From Lama guanicoe (Eukaryota), in contig MU054220.1 in NCBI GenBank assembly GCA_013239625.1, positions 1,293,509 through 1,357,508 of the forward strand: 64,000 bases of DNA, written 5' to 3'. The translations under genes and the position numbers were made by a program. The notes under the pieces were generated by a model. It was not told the DNA's origin. It was given only the letters and a program-made list of their open reading frames with translations, and searched no databases. This document shows positions 38,731 to 52,479 of this stretch, one piece after another (the stretch's first letter is position 1; every line of letters starts with the position of its first letter).

Positions 38731-38993
38731 ATTTGGGAGAAGTACAACACTCTTCCAGAAAAGCGTAAAAAAAAAAAAGGGAAGGGTGATGCTCTCCTTC
38801 AAACAAGGCACAGTCTGAGTCTGCCAGATCCCCACTACTCCCTACTGCCTCATTAACACCAATCGCACGTGTGGCCCACTTGTTTTCTGAGCTGCATCAC
38901 CGCCGTAAGAACTAGATGAGAATACTGTGTGTAAAAGCACTTGGAACACTCCGGTAAGCATCACTTTCCTTCGTTAAGTCACTCTACGATCTA

Positions 38994-39130
38994 GGGGGGT
39001 GGGTATAGCTCAGCGGTAGAGCACATGCTTAATAAGCACAACACCCTGGGTTCAATCCCTAATACCTCCATTTAAAAACAAACAAAAAACCTGGACTTAA
39101 TTTAAAAAAAAAAAAAGAAAGAAAGAAAAA
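38994..39130 (+). mobile_element. Vic-1-like SINE
   Basis: GGGTATAGCTCAGCGGTAGAGC...GGGTTCAATCCC with an A-rich tail. TSD ACGATCTA at 38986-38993 and 39131-39138. Confidence 0.9.
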
Positions 39131-42100
39131 ACGATCTACTATGGGGTAAGGCCAGAGACAGAACCCAGGCTGCCACTGCCTCCAAGACCAGCTCTTGGGT
39201 CACCATCAGCAGGATGCTGGCAGCCTCAGGCCATACATGATCACCACACAGGTTCCCTCTTGATAGGTCTCTCTTATGAAGATGCACACACAGCCCAGAG
39301 CTATACAAGGTAGCAAAACTGACCAAGCCTGAGATTAAATCTTACAATGTGTGGTGACACCCACGTGACAAAGGACACTAAAAGGCAGTGTCTTTGTCAA
39401 TCTGCTGTGCCCGGCGGGTCTGGTCCCTGAACAGGTGGTAGTGACCACCACTGCCTCCTGCCCTACCCGCCTCCTAGAACGATGCTCCTATCCTGATCAC
39501 CAAGCCCCACTTCTTGTTTAGAAGCCCAATTCAAGTCTCACGTCTTCAATTCATTCGACAAACACTGAGTGAGCACCTACTGGATACCAGGCCCTGTCAC
39601 ATGGTGCCCTTGGGGAACCCAGTCCATTTAGGGAGACAACACAAGAGTTGCTTCAGCACGGGTAAGGGCCTGGTGGCAAGAAAGAGCATGGCACACTTGG
39701 AGGAACTGCAAGAAACGTGATGCTGTGAGCCCACACAGTGTGTCGGTCCAGGGTCCGGAAGGCACTGGGAGCTCTGAAGGGCTTGAAGCAGCAGATAACA
39801 AGGCCTGGTCTGCTCATCAGCCACAGTATGATACCTCCAAGATGACTTGGGAGCTCCCATGCCGGAGGCAAGCCCCATCTGAAGGTTCATTTAATTCCTA
39901 CAGCCACCCAGAGGCAAGGTCCTTCTCCCACATCACAGAACGAGAAGTTTGAGCTCGGAAGGTCCAGCGATTTGCCCGAGGGCACACAGCCATCAAGGCG
40001 CGGAGCCCGGCCTTGGCCTAGGGCTGCCTAACCTGCTTTTTTTAAAAAAACCACACTAGAGTACACTCCCGTATCCTGGCAAAACATGTTTTTGAGATGG
40101 AAGTCTGGTTGATCGTTTTACCCAATTGAGTTTCCCACATCTTTAAATGTCTCATATTATGAACACCCTCCCATACCATGAAGCATTCTTTCAAAACATC
40201 TGGGATGACTGCGTCCACGATTTCAGCCATCCCCCACGCCTTAACATCTCAGTTCTTTCTAACCCATGGCTCCTTGTTTTTCTCTTAACAGACCAGCCCA
40301 CGCGAAGTTCATCTCATTTTGTTCTCACTGGGGAAACTCTGCGCCCCTGATACCACCCATTGTGTGACTTATCTCGGATGAGGATGAGTAAGACAATGAA
40401 TTTCAACGTTATATCAGCAAGTTTTATTCTAAAAAGAACACCACTCTTTTTCCTCTCCCACTTACCTCCCAAACTCAACCTCCCAATTTTAGTTACTGGG
40501 TTGGTTGCTCTCTTGGGTGTAAATGCAATAAACGGGGGTAGCAGGTGGAGACCATCTGGTAGAGCCAATAATACCTCCAGATGCTCACCCTCCCCTTGCT
40601 CGGGTGGCCAAAAACAGGAGATGCCAGACTCCAGCAGACACCTGCAACACTTTCCAAAAAACAGTGGATTTCCCCCCAGCCGATTACCAAGCCCACATCA
40701 GAATTCAACCCCAGAAAACCAATTCTGCATCCACTAGAGAAACAGGTGACATGGTGCCCTTCATGTTCCCTGAATGTCCAGGGTGCCCACTATTGGAATT
40801 TTGGTGTCCAAAAGAAAAGAGTGGTGGAGTCAGGAAGCTGGGCTCCCACTGTGATGAGCTGTGAGGTCTTGGGTAAGTGGCTTCCCTTCTCTGAGCCTCA
40901 GTTTCAACATCTGCAAAGTGGAAGGCCTGGATTAGGTGATCCTTGAGGTCCCTTCCTGCTGTGAAGGAGGCCCTTGGGCCAGGCCAATTATATAAGGCAA
41001 CAGTGACTACACTTCAGGATGCAACCTGATTAAGTTCAACCCCGGACCAACCGCTGCTGCCTGCAGGCAAGTGAGCAGAAACACGGAGAGGACAGTTAGG
41101 GCACCTAAGTCCTCTTAATGTCTTCACAGGTCAGGATAAAAGAGAACACATCAGATCACTCTCTGATAGCAGGCAGGGGCAGGATTCTGACTTAATCTAA
41201 GAAAAAATAAATCACCTAACTTGCATCCATAAGCCTAGCTTCTCATATTAAGACAAATATGCTTGTCACACATTTGAAAAAAAAATTAAGTGACGGATTC
41301 ATAAAGCAGCAGCAAAATACTAGAGTCAGAACAAGAGCAAGTCATTGCGGCACCAGCTCCGAAGGGGAGGTTTCTGTCTTTATTTTCTAACTGGTAATGA
41401 CGAGCTTTCACAAAGCCCGGGCAAGCTGCAAGTCGCTGATAAAGGGGGCAGCCAGCTCTGCCACTTGAACAGAGACAGGCCCAGATAGGAGGTGCCGCTC
41501 GAGTGACCACTAGGACCCAGGAGAGCCTCACTAGTCTGAGGTGATGCCCAGGCAGCCCGAGGGAAAGGATGCACTGGGGGGAGGCGGTGGATGCTGCGGG
41601 CGGGTGGTCAACGCCAGGCTCTTCCCAGAAACAAAGGCTCGGATTCAAATACTAGGAAAAATCAATAGCCTCAGGATTACAACCAGCGCGCTAGCCTCAG
41701 TGGGGGGAGTGTTCACAGGGTGCAGAACTCCCCAAGACGGGCAGGGATGTACGTCCTCCTGGCCCAGCTGGCGACCTCCTCCCGAACCTGCCTGCACCTG
41801 CTGCGTGTCCCTCTCCGCCTCCCAGATCGTCAGCCCCACATGTTCCAGCAAGTTCTGGTCCCCTGCTTCCTTTCACCCCACCCCTCCCCGCACCTTGTTC
41901 ATATCAGCCTTGAGTGAGGCAGGAGGCTGGGAGAGGAGCCCCAGGTTCCCAACGAGGAAGGAAATGTTCAAAGGAGATGAGATCAGCCCACGGTCACAAA
42001 GATTGTGCCAAGAATCCAACCCGCTCTCCTAACTCCAAAATCGGTGTTCCTTCCACCTTCGTAGCTACACACCAGGTCCCTCCGATGCTGCCTCTGAAAC

Positions 42101-42244
42101 CTGTCCCCTCAGCGCACACCCCGCTCACCCACACACACACACACACACACCACTCCGCCCAGCTCACAGCCACTCTGCAACACCACTCAGCCTCTGGGCC
42201 CCGCCAGCACGCAGGAAGGGCGGTGAGGAGGCCTGTGTGTGTGT

Positions 42245-42590
42245 CCGCCCTGGCAACCACCAACTTGCTTTCTGTTTCTCAGCATTCACCTATTCCGTGT
42301 GTTTCATATAAGAGGAATCATACAATATTTATCCTCCTGTACCTGGCTCAGTTCACCTAGCATTACGTTTTCAAGGTCGATCCTTACTAGGGTAGAATCC
42401 GTACTTCATTCCTTTTCGTGGCCGAATAATATTTCAACATATTTCAACCATGTGTCATTTCTCCTCTCATGAGTTGATGGGCGTTTGAGTTAGTTCCTCT
42501 TACTGGCTATTGCAAATAACGCTCCTGTGAACACCTGGGCACAGGTGTTTATGTAGACATATGTTTTCATTGCGGGAAGATTCTGAACTG
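42245..42590 (-). mobile_element. Old L1M fragment
   Basis: CCCTGGCAACCACCAA...CATATAAGAGGAATCATACAATAT...TTCATTCCTTTT...TGGCTATTGCAAATAA motifs. Confidence 0.75.
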
Positions 42591-42619
42591 GGGAATGACA
42601 TGTGGAGCCACTAGAATCA

Positions 42620-42790
42620 GGAATGATGGCTAGTGGTGTGGGGTTTCTTTGGGGGTCAATGAAAAGATTCTGGAACAAGATAATGGTGATGGTTGCCTCT
42701 GAAGATACTAAAAGCCAGAGTTGTATACTTTAGAAGAGTGAATCTTAAGGTATATGAATTATACCTCAGTAAAGCTATTTTTTAATTGCT
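42620..42790 (+). mobile_element. Old L1M 3' end
   Basis: GGGGTTTCTTTGGGGG...GATAATGGTGATGGTTGC...GTATATGAATTATACCTCAGTAAAGCT. Confidence 0.7.
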
Positions 42791-43879
42791 GTAAGAAATA
42801 TAACACAATGGTTAATATTTAAAATTATTATTTCTGAAAAGAAAACCCTCCTATAAAGCCGCATTCTCTGCAAGACAGAGTCTAACTCACGCAGACACCC
42901 CAGGAGCTCTGAGCCAGGCCCAGCCTCCCTTGCCACAAACACGCTGAATTTGCCAAGCATGACCCCAACCCTGGACCCAGAATGAGTCTTCCCTCCCATG
43001 GATCTGGGCTCCCCACATTCACCCCCAAACAGCAGCCAAGGTTACTCGCGTGGCCCCGCTTCTGTCTCCGCTTCTGGCTGTTGCTCAGAGGCCAGCCCCA
43101 TCTGTGACTTGAAACTGACCCAGCAGCCCACCTTCTCTCCCCAGTGACACCAGAACCTCCCAAAGGAAAGAGACCGAGACCAGCCTGTTTTCCTCCTCTT
43201 CTGTCCCCACCCCTCTGGCCACTGTTGTGTCAATACCAAGCACAGACCCCGTGACTTCCTGTGTGCAAAAGTCCTTGATAACACGCTCTTAATCCTGATC
43301 TTAGCCCTCCAGTGACAGGCACTATCAGACTGATTTGCAGGTGGGGAAACAAAGGCAGGTGGAGGAGGGGGAGGGAGGAGTCTGACCAAGGCCAGGAGGC
43401 AAAGGGCAAAGCTGGGCTTTGACCTCAACCTCTTCCCACCATGTTAGCACACGCTGCCACTTTCAAGGCTAGTTATCTCAGAGGCACTCAGTAATATTTC
43501 CTTCTGCAAATGTCCATCCACCTATCAAATAATTTGAGTTTAAGGTCAGATACCGCAGAGCAGGACCCCCTACAATTAGCTCTAAAGATGACATGAATCC
43601 ACCTGATTATCTCTGCCATCAGGTAATACACAACTAGGCCCAGCTGGTTTCTGGCTGCACTTAGAATTGTTCCAGGCACCACCAGGCAAATGTAGACTGT
43701 AGCACAAAACACAGGCAGTAACTTGACATTTTTCCCTGAGCATTAAAAAAAAAAAACTAACGGATATCTTTTTTTTTTAAGATGACACAAAACAGGTTCT
43801 ACGTGGGTCAGTGAGTCACGCACGGTCAAAAGGTGAGGCAGCCACTACGCAGCCCAGTTGGCACGTCTGCAAATGCAAA

Positions 43880-44200
43880 TATTAAATCCGTGTTTAAAAA
43901 ATGACAACACTCAGTGCCAGCGTGGGCGTCGTAAAACAGGCAGTCTCATACATGCTAATGGCAACGGAAACAATGCGCTCCTTTTGGAAAGCCATTTGGC
44001 AAGTGGTGTCAGAGATCACAAAGATGCCTGGAAATTAATCCGGAAGAAATCATTTCTGTTTCACAGAAAATGTGATAGGCGTGAAGATCTTCATCCCTGC
44101 ATTACTTATAACAGTGAAAATCTGGCTGCTCTTGAAATCTCTAAATTGGAGAAAGGGTAAGGGAATGACAATACATACAGTCCATGCAGTACCCTGAGCT
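43880..44200 (+). mobile_element. Degraded ancient L1M fragment
   Basis: TGACAACACTCAGTG...CTCATACATGCTAATGG...CTTTTGGAAAGCCATTTGGCA motifs. Confidence 0.5.
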
Positions 44201-45169
44201 ACGAAAACTTCTAGTTATACCACCACGGGAAAAAAATGTGCTCTTCATTTAACCTTTTGGCACTGGAAGGATCCGAAACTGTCCCTGTCTGTGATCACCG
44301 TTATTTTAAATAAGAAGCCACCTGGAATAACTTGTAACTGTAACTACTTTAAAATTATAATAGTTCTGTGATGAGGGGAGATATATGGCTTCCCCTCCTT
44401 CCTCTAGCTTCTAAATTTCTTTTAATGTTATTCTTAGACAATTAGGAAAAATAAACTAAATAAGCTAAAAAAAAAAAAAAAGACAAAACTCATTTTGAGG
44501 CAGTTTGGTCTCACCTCCACCCTGAGGCAGGCCTGCCCCAGCACAGCGCAGCCACTTGAAAGGCAGCCTTGACGGTACACTCTTCTGTTTATCAAAACAG
44601 GGCAAATCCTCCCAGAAAATGCTTCAGCAAGGGTGACACCAAACCCAGCCCCATCAGTCCCAAACCTGCCTCTCCAGTTAAAACAATCACCACCCAGGAA
44701 AGTGTCCAAGTAACTGGACATGGCAAATGAAGGGCTGATGAAGTTGGGGTGACAGGACTGAGAATGGACTGTTTTAGTTGTTTTTATTGGTCATAGTCAC
44801 AACGCCTGGCACAAAGTAGGCACTCAACAAATATTTGAGGCAGAAGGTGTTTTTTTCAAATGAGAAATGCACTCACTCACCTGCACTCCCTGAGGGCCAG
44901 GGCCCTCCCACCGTGCACACCCCTCCCGGCCCACAAAGTGCTCCCCAAGGTCCTGTCAACAGAGACTGTGTTTGGAGGTGAGCACCTCCAGCAAACAGGA
45001 AACTGGTAATTTTGTCACCAACTTGAGAACAAAAATGGTAAGAAAAGTTAAATGTCACTATGAGAGTAAAGGTCAAAGCGGGAGGAGGGGCTCACATGTG
45101 CTGAGGGCCTCAGCACCACCACCCATCCGGGGCCATCCGGATGAGCTTTCCTAAATTCCTGACACCCTG

Positions 45170-45400
45170 ACTCTAGAGCCAAGCTGCAGAAGCTTGAATA
45201 CTGGTTCCTCGAAGCTTGAACCCTGGTTCCTCGACTGATTCACTGTGTGACCTCGGGCTGGTTGCTGAACCTCTCTGTATCTCGTTTTCCTTTCCTGTAC
45301 AATGAAGGCAAGAAGAGAACCATCTCCTTCGGTGGTTGTGAGGATTCACTCAGTGGAAATACAGTGCCTGGCACACAGAGGGCATTCAGTCAATGTCAGC
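45170..45400 (+). mobile_element. MIR SINE
   Basis: CTGTGTGACCTCGGGC...AACCTCTCTGT...GGTTGTGAGGATT...CAGTGCCTGGCACA. Confidence 0.7.
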
Positions 45401-45988
45401 TCATCATTGGAATTCTGATTCCATTGTACAGACAAGAGAAGCCCTCAGAGAAGTTCAGTAATTTGCCAACATCACAGTGTTAGTAAGAGGCAGTGCTGGG
45501 ATTCAAATTTAAGTCCAAAGGACTTCAAAATCTGTGCTCTTCTTACTAGAATAAGCCGAGAAGGAGCCTGGAGGATCTGGGGAATACTGCGGTAAGGGCC
45601 CTGCGAGGGGGAGGGCGGGGTGGGTGCCAGTGTTGGCTCGATTAGAGCCAGTGTGACTGGAGGTGGTAACAAGGGACAAGTGGACAGGGGAAGGTGGGAG
45701 GGGAAGGATGGGTCTGGTCATCGGGATCCAAGGTTTAGGGTCTTGCAGGACCCCATTTGGGTTTATACTAAGGGTGATATTAAGCCACACAGGGTTTAAG
45801 CAGTGGAATTACACAACATTGTGGGACAAGAAGAGTCTTGGCATGAATGTAAAAGAGCCTAGCATATGGCTGGCCCTTGATAAAGGTTTTTTTCCCCTAC
45901 TTTCCTTCTCCCAGTGTCACTAACCCTTCATAACCCTGGACAATCATGCCCTTTTTCAGCCTCCGTTTCCAAAAAAAAAGGTTTGGCC

Positions 45989-46177
45989 TCAGTGGTTCTC
46001 AACCCCAGAGACTCATAAATATCACACAAGGAGTCTGGAAAAAGAAAAAAACACACATAATGCCAGGGATGGCATGTGCCCACCTACCCAGGTATTCAAA
46101 TCCCACCGGTCAGGAGTGGGCGCCTTCAGTCGGCATTTTCTAAAAGCTCCCTGGGTTCAGCCACGGTTGAGAAGTGC
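45989..46177. mobile_element. MER5A-like hAT MITE
   Basis: Termini CAGTGGTTCTCAACC ... GGTTGAGAAG, with internal GCATTTTCTAAAAGCTCCC. Confidence 0.65.
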
Positions 46178-48205
46178 CCACCTAAAGTGGCTTCCAAGAT
46201 CTTCTCCCTCTCTGTGGCGTCACACTACCTGGGAGAGGTACCCAAAGACAGAACCTTTGGAGATGGCGGGTTCCTTCTCGCTGAAGACAGTTAAGCAAAA
46301 ACCACTTTCTCAGAGATGAAACCCCAGAATTGGACACCCTGAAAAGTTTCCTTCCAAAAAAAAGATTTGTGTGGTTTTACAACTTACTGGGTGACCCTCT
46401 AGTGGGTTTTAGCAAGTCTTAGGCCTCAGCCTCTCAGCTGAGGCCAAAGAGAGCAAATAAATAGCATGTCTGGTCACCCTGTGCCTTTCTTGAAGCCATA
46501 GCAGACATCACTAATTGATCCCAGCACTCTCACCTGATGAGCTCGTGTCCCAAGTGGTCTGAGACTCCCTTCTAGGCAGGGCTGGAGCAGCCACAATCAA
46601 TCGCTTCAAGATGGACACAAACTGGAACCCATTTGTCTCCACCCATCTAATGTCCCGAAGGTCCTTTCTCACCCAGACATTCTTTGAGGTGATAATCCTT
46701 TTTATCTCCTTACAGGCAATGATTAACTACCAAGTTGCAGGGCAATGAGCTCAGCTGGTTTGACTGTGAGATCACATGTTTCCATCCCTGAGGGCGGGTT
46801 TTGTTTTATTCTCTCAACCTCAGATGCTTTGTCCTCCCCAGATTACGTCTCCCTCCTCCCTCTAGGCAGTTGGACCCCTAAACATTTACTGAACAAGGCC
46901 TGAGATAGGCAGCACGATTAGATCAGGACAAACTCGTCCCATTCCTGGAAAAACTCATCAAAGCTGGTGCCCTCTGCTGCTACTGATGGTTGAAACAACA
47001 CCAATAACAGCAGCTGACATTTATGGAGCACTTCTACATGTGCCAGGCGTATGCGTAATGCTAGGGGCTCCCCAGGCATTTCCTCACGGAATCTCCAACA
47101 CAATCCTTGGAGGTGTTTATGATCCCCATTTGGCACACAAGAAAATTTCAGGCTTTGAAAGCTACTAAATTGCTGTTGATCACAAAGCAGCAAAGATTAG
47201 GGAACAGCCCCGCTTCTGGCTCTGTGCAAGTCCCTTCACCTCTCTGGACCTCAGCTCTAAAATGGCCACGATAATTCCAAGGATGAAATGAGAGTTCCAG
47301 CCACACAACGTGTGGCAGGACAGTGGACGGCTGGGAAGAACTTAATGGAATCTGGGCAAAAGAATCGAGCCCCTAGAGAGTGTATATCCTGACCAGGGTG
47401 ATCAACACTGATGGGGGAGCTGTTTTTTGGCTTCACGAAGTGATGAGTTCCTCCAAAGCTGTGTGAACAACAAGCTTTCAGAAAGCTAACCCTCCTAGCC
47501 ACCCCCCTCGGCTGGCGCCAGCAGTTCAGTGGGTTTCCTGGGTTCCTCCTCCTGCCTCACTCCAGCTGGGCTCCCGGTCACTGGCTCTGAAGGCATTATC
47601 TCCAGGCTTATGCCCTGGGGCCTCTAAACACTCTAAAAGCTGAAAATTGCTCCAGGGAGGTGGTGGGAGGGGGAACTTGGCAATGAATCTCTTTGTAATG
47701 GGATCTCCCTTTGACTGGGTCCATCTCCTGTGTGGAACTTGGCACATCTGGCCTCACTGCTCCTAATAAACACTAAGCCTTTCTTGCAACTTCACATCCC
47801 CCACAGCAGAGCTTAGCACCACACAGACCACATTAACACGAGCTTCCTGTCCCACTGGGCAGGGAGGGAAAAGTCTCTGTTATTCCCATTTTGTGGAGGA
47901 GGAAATTGAGGCTGAGAACACAGGGAGAAGCTTGGCCCGGGAATTGACACCTGGGTGCCGAGATGCCCAGTCCAGTGCTTGCTACGGCATCCCTAAAAAG
48001 TCCTCACTGAACAAGCAGAGGTCGGATGGGAATCCTCGTCTGAGACCCAGCAATGTGGATCTCTGCACTTGTTAGTTTAGACCTACTGTCTCATGAGAGG
48101 AAGTCAGTTCCACAGTCGCCTGGGAATGGAAGGACAGCTGGGCCCCTACTGAGACTGCCAGGCACAGGCAACCTACAGCCTTCCCTCAAAGCAGGCACCA
48201 CCTAA

Positions 48206-48408
48206 GCAATGGCCCTCAACCAGGGTGCATTCCCCCTCGGGGGACAGTTGGCTACATTGGAGACATTTTTGATTGTCACAAATTGGCGGAGGTGGGTACT
48301 GGGGTCTATTGGGCAGAGGCCAGGGACTCTGCTTAACACTCTACTGTGCACAGGACAGCCCCCAAAACAAGGAATTACCAGGCCCCAAGGGAGGTTGAGA
48401 AGCCTTGG
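48206..48408 (+). mobile_element. MER20-like hAT MITE
   Basis: CTCAACCAGGG...GGAGACATTTTTGATTGTCACAA...GAGGCCAGGGA...GCACAGGACAGCCCCC...GAGGTTGAGAAGCC. Confidence 0.8.
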
Positions 48409-51400
48409 TCTACAGGAAAAGAAGTCATCCCCACTCACTCCAACCACACTGGGCAACAGGGGACAGCAGAGTCGAAGGAGCTACACGTGCATCTTCCAGA
48501 AGAGATCAAGAGGCTGGTCACAAACTCTGTGGTCAGACCAGATAGCCCTGCCCAACACAGGATCCTTTTTCTTTTTTAATGTTTACTGGTGTTTAATATG
48601 TGCTGAACAATTCTCTGCGATACATACCTTCCCTTACTTTATGGACTTCCTATTACAGCCCGAGAGCTGAGTCATTTTATCACCACTATTTAATACAAGA
48701 GAAAAATGAGGCATGGAAAGGTTAAACATGGTAAGACAAGGAACGCCCACACCAGCTTCCTTCTCCAGAGCCCGAGCTCTTAACCACTGCACCCACCATC
48801 TCTCAGTCCCATGAACAAGCCCAGAGTGAGACTGCCAACCAAGGTGCCTTCCAGCCGTCTGGTGCCCACCCTCACAGGGAGGGACTCCCGGTGGCCAGAC
48901 ACAATGGAACTAAATAGGAGGTTGTGATTGACTTGAGAGATGCACGGGTCTGAACAATGACACAACTTCAACATCAGGTCTAAACTATGAGAACGCAGGA
49001 TCAGAGAATAAGGGGAAAGGTGGTACCGGGCAGAGTGGTTTGCAGGAGGAGACGACCTCAAGGAATGGGTTGAGGCATGAAGTCAGAAAATGGACATTTG
49101 ATGATGCAGCCAAGCTAAATTAGCAGGGATAAATGTAGCACCTAACAGAGACAGGCTAGGCTGGAGAGTGCTAGGGCCAAAAGACGGGGTTAGTGCTTGT
49201 TAAATATTTCCTGCCTGAAGCAAGGATGTGGTGGATTGGGACATTCTCACCAGCAGGGAGAGAAGGCAAGCGGGGCCATCACTCTCCTCCAGGAAAGGCT
49301 GGCTCTGCCTGGATGTGTGTGATCTCTCTCGTGACCTCCAGCTCTAGCTTAATCAACATTATTCTCTTTTAGAGACTGTTAGTTTTCAAAGGGAGTTTAG
49401 GCCCACATCTCCAGACATGTCAGCATGGCATCTGCACCCCCAACAATTTCTCTCCACATGGCAGGATTTGGTGACCACTCTAGACAGTAGCCCAGGCACA
49501 AAGGCAGAAGTTGTCTGAACCCCTGCAGGGCAGGTCTCCTTAACCTTGGGCGCCTGGCAACCGCAGCCCCAAAGTCAGGAAGCATTGTGTTAATGTGAGT
49601 GAGATGGGAGTGGACATTTAAATCACAATCTGGATTGGGTGCCTTATGCACCTTCCCTCATTTAACCCTAATAACATGTGGCCCAGCAGCTATGACCCAT
49701 TTTTCAGATGACACAGCAGGTTCCAAGACATGGCTGTAGAAGCAAAACATGGGTTTGGATCTGTGCTTCTGCTGACATCAAAGCCCATGTCCTTTTTCAG
49801 GTTTCTCTTCTTACGGGACACCCTGAGGTCAGGCCATCCACATCCAAATTTAAGCTCTATGAAATCCAAAGTCATTACAACAGGAAGGCCAAGACCCCAA
49901 CAAGATGCCATGATGTCATTCATGTGACCTGGGCCAAGGCCCCAAAGTTTCAGGCAGCCTTTCTCATTTATGACTCCAGGATCAAAAATCCACAGAAAAG
50001 ACACTCTTATCTTCTGGGGTCTGGGGAAGCGTTTCATTCCTGCCATGTCATGGCTGTGAGCAGCAAGTGTCAACGTGCCACCCATTCCATAGGACGACAC
50101 CCTCCCACCTGTGAAAATGGCCCTCAAGCCCAGTCGTTCTTCCAGGAGACCCACACATGCCCTGGCCCATGTAGGCAATCCTGTCAGATCTCCTTTGAGC
50201 TCCAAGGAAACCTACAATGAGCTGGTGGAGGTTCTGGCACAGCATGTGGCCACGGACCAGATCATAATGCTCTGGCCTCAGTTTCCTTCCCTGGACTTAC
50301 ATCATAGGATTACATGAGTTAATACACACAAAGTGCTGACAACAATTCATAATAAATATTCAACCTATAGGAGCTATTATTTTCATTATCTCCACTTACC
50401 CTGAGGCCATCATCAGAGATTCAACCACAAAGTCATCTGAATAACCTTCATCACGGCAAAAGAAATTTTGGAAACAAACAAGAGGACTAATCACAGGACA
50501 AATGAGATAAATTAAGGTACCTTCATATAATGCAATGGGACGCAACACCTGAAAGTTAGAGAAGGGAAGAATATTTACTCTCAAGGGGAAAATGTTTGCA
50601 ACATATTATCAGTACTTCACAAAATGCCCCGAGAATAGCAGAGGACAATGAACTCACACCCCTACAAGGTCTGCGGGGTAGAGATTTCTTTGTTGTCTCT
50701 GTACTGGCAGAAAAAATTCTGGATGCGAATTTGGTATCTAACCTATAATATGTCCATGTTTGTTTGTCTATTTCCAAAAAACATTTCAGAAGACTTTGCA
50801 CTGAGGAGCTGTGAGCTGCCCCTACCCAGGAAGAAGCCTCATGTTTATGTTGTGGCCCCCAGGGGCACCCCGAGGGATGCATCTACCCTCGTAACTTAAA
50901 AATTTGAAAAACACACATTACATAGCATGCATAGCAGGCAACTCTATTTTAGTAGAACTAGACAGCTAGAACAAGAATTAAAAAAGACAAAGATCACCCA
51001 TCAAAACGCTACCGGAAGTTAATTTCAGGAGAGTGGGGATTACAGATAATTTTGCTTTCTTCTTTCACTTATGTATATTTTCCAATTTTTTATACTAAAA
51101 AAAAAAACTGAACTGACTCATATGGGAATTGAATGAACCTCTGGATGGAGAGGTCCAGCCAAGTGGGCTAACAGCCCCCAGCTGGGGAATCAGCATGAGT
51201 CTGGTGAATACAGTAGATCAGCATGAGTGGACGAGAGGGCAGGACAGCCTAGAGGTTTAAAAAAAAAAAAAAAAAAGTCTGGGCTGTGAGTCCGAGTCCC
51301 CTACCACTCACCAGATGGGTGACAACAACTGCTCGGTGCCTCAGCTCCCCTGAGGAGGCCCCAGGTTCTCCTTCAAAGTACACAACATGCTAGATGCTAA

Positions 51401-51726
51401 GTGTTAGCTTCCTACCAAATCTATCTACCAAAGAACGCTGGGCATGGCCAGCGGCTTGTCCCACTGCGGTGCTCCCCCTGAAGTTTCCAGAAGGGCAACT
51501 ACTAAAAGTCAGGCCTCCTCAGCTGTCAGTCAAACCCCTCTCCTCGGAAGGGACCTCTCCAGAAGTCAGGCCTTCCTGTACCAGCCGCTGCAGAATGGTT
51601 TCCACCTATATGTGGGGGCACTGATGATGCATGTCTGGGGACCTGACACTAGTTTTCCACTGCCTCTAGAAACAGAACCCACCTCCACCTCCCACCCCAC
51701 ACCTTCCATCACTCCATTCTCTATAA

Positions 51727-51975
51727 TAGTGGCTTTCAGTTTTTTTGGCTGTGACTGAAGACATGATCAATACATTTTACATGCCATTCAGTACGTGCAT
51801 ACACACACACACACACACACACACAAAACATATAACTGAAAACAAGCCTCATAAAGCAATACATACCATTCCTACATGTGGTAGACACTGCTATTTTCTG
51901 TTCTATCATTTCTTAATGCTGGTCATAACACACTAAATGATTTTATGACTCATGGTTTCAACTATACTGTTTTAC
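51727..51975. mobile_element. hAT-Charlie-type DNA transposon relic with internal (CA)n
   Basis: AGTGGCTTTCA terminus, AATACATTTTACAT and AATGCTGGTC...CACTAAATGATTT motifs. Subfamily uncertain. Confidence 0.5.
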
Positions 51976-52036
51976 AGCATGCAAGTCTATGATTCAGTTT
52001 TCTAAATTTACTTTAAAAGCATTTTTTTCTAGAACA

Positions 52037-52111
52037 TATTAGGTGGAACCATATACAACTGCCAGTATTCAAAGGGCCCAAAACAGTAATTTCACGTGGT
52101 TCAACCTAATA
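52037..52111. mobile_element. MADE2-like mariner-derived MITE
   Basis: 75-bp element with TA-flanked inverted termini TATTAGGTGGAACCATAT ... ACGTGGTTCAACCTAATA. Confidence 0.8.
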
Positions 52112-52479
52112 ATTATGTATGAACCAAACTAGGGGACTCAACTGCCCATCTCACCTTTTGAAAGCTAAGTCTAAATTTCACTAATTTGAAAAACTGGGCT
52201 ACACAATGAATGTACATTACTATTGTGCAAAAAAATAGATGGCACCTGAAATGGACAAGTCACTTAGAGACAATCTGAGCACACCTTAAATGAGAATGAC
52301 AATGACAAACTCACAAGGATGCTGTGAGAATTAAATGAGTTCTTATTTATTGAAGGCCTTGCAAACTATAAGGAAAAAATATTTCCGCTTTCATAAGGAG
52401 TAAAGTACACCAGTGTCTCAGCAAAATAAGATACTAAAACAACAGCCAATATCTTGTGAAGTTTATTTCATACTAAGAA

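Noticed and set aside
46390..46408. CTCF-like motif (also 60751-60764)
   Set aside because: Two to three mismatches to the core consensus; not distinguishable from chance without ChIP data.
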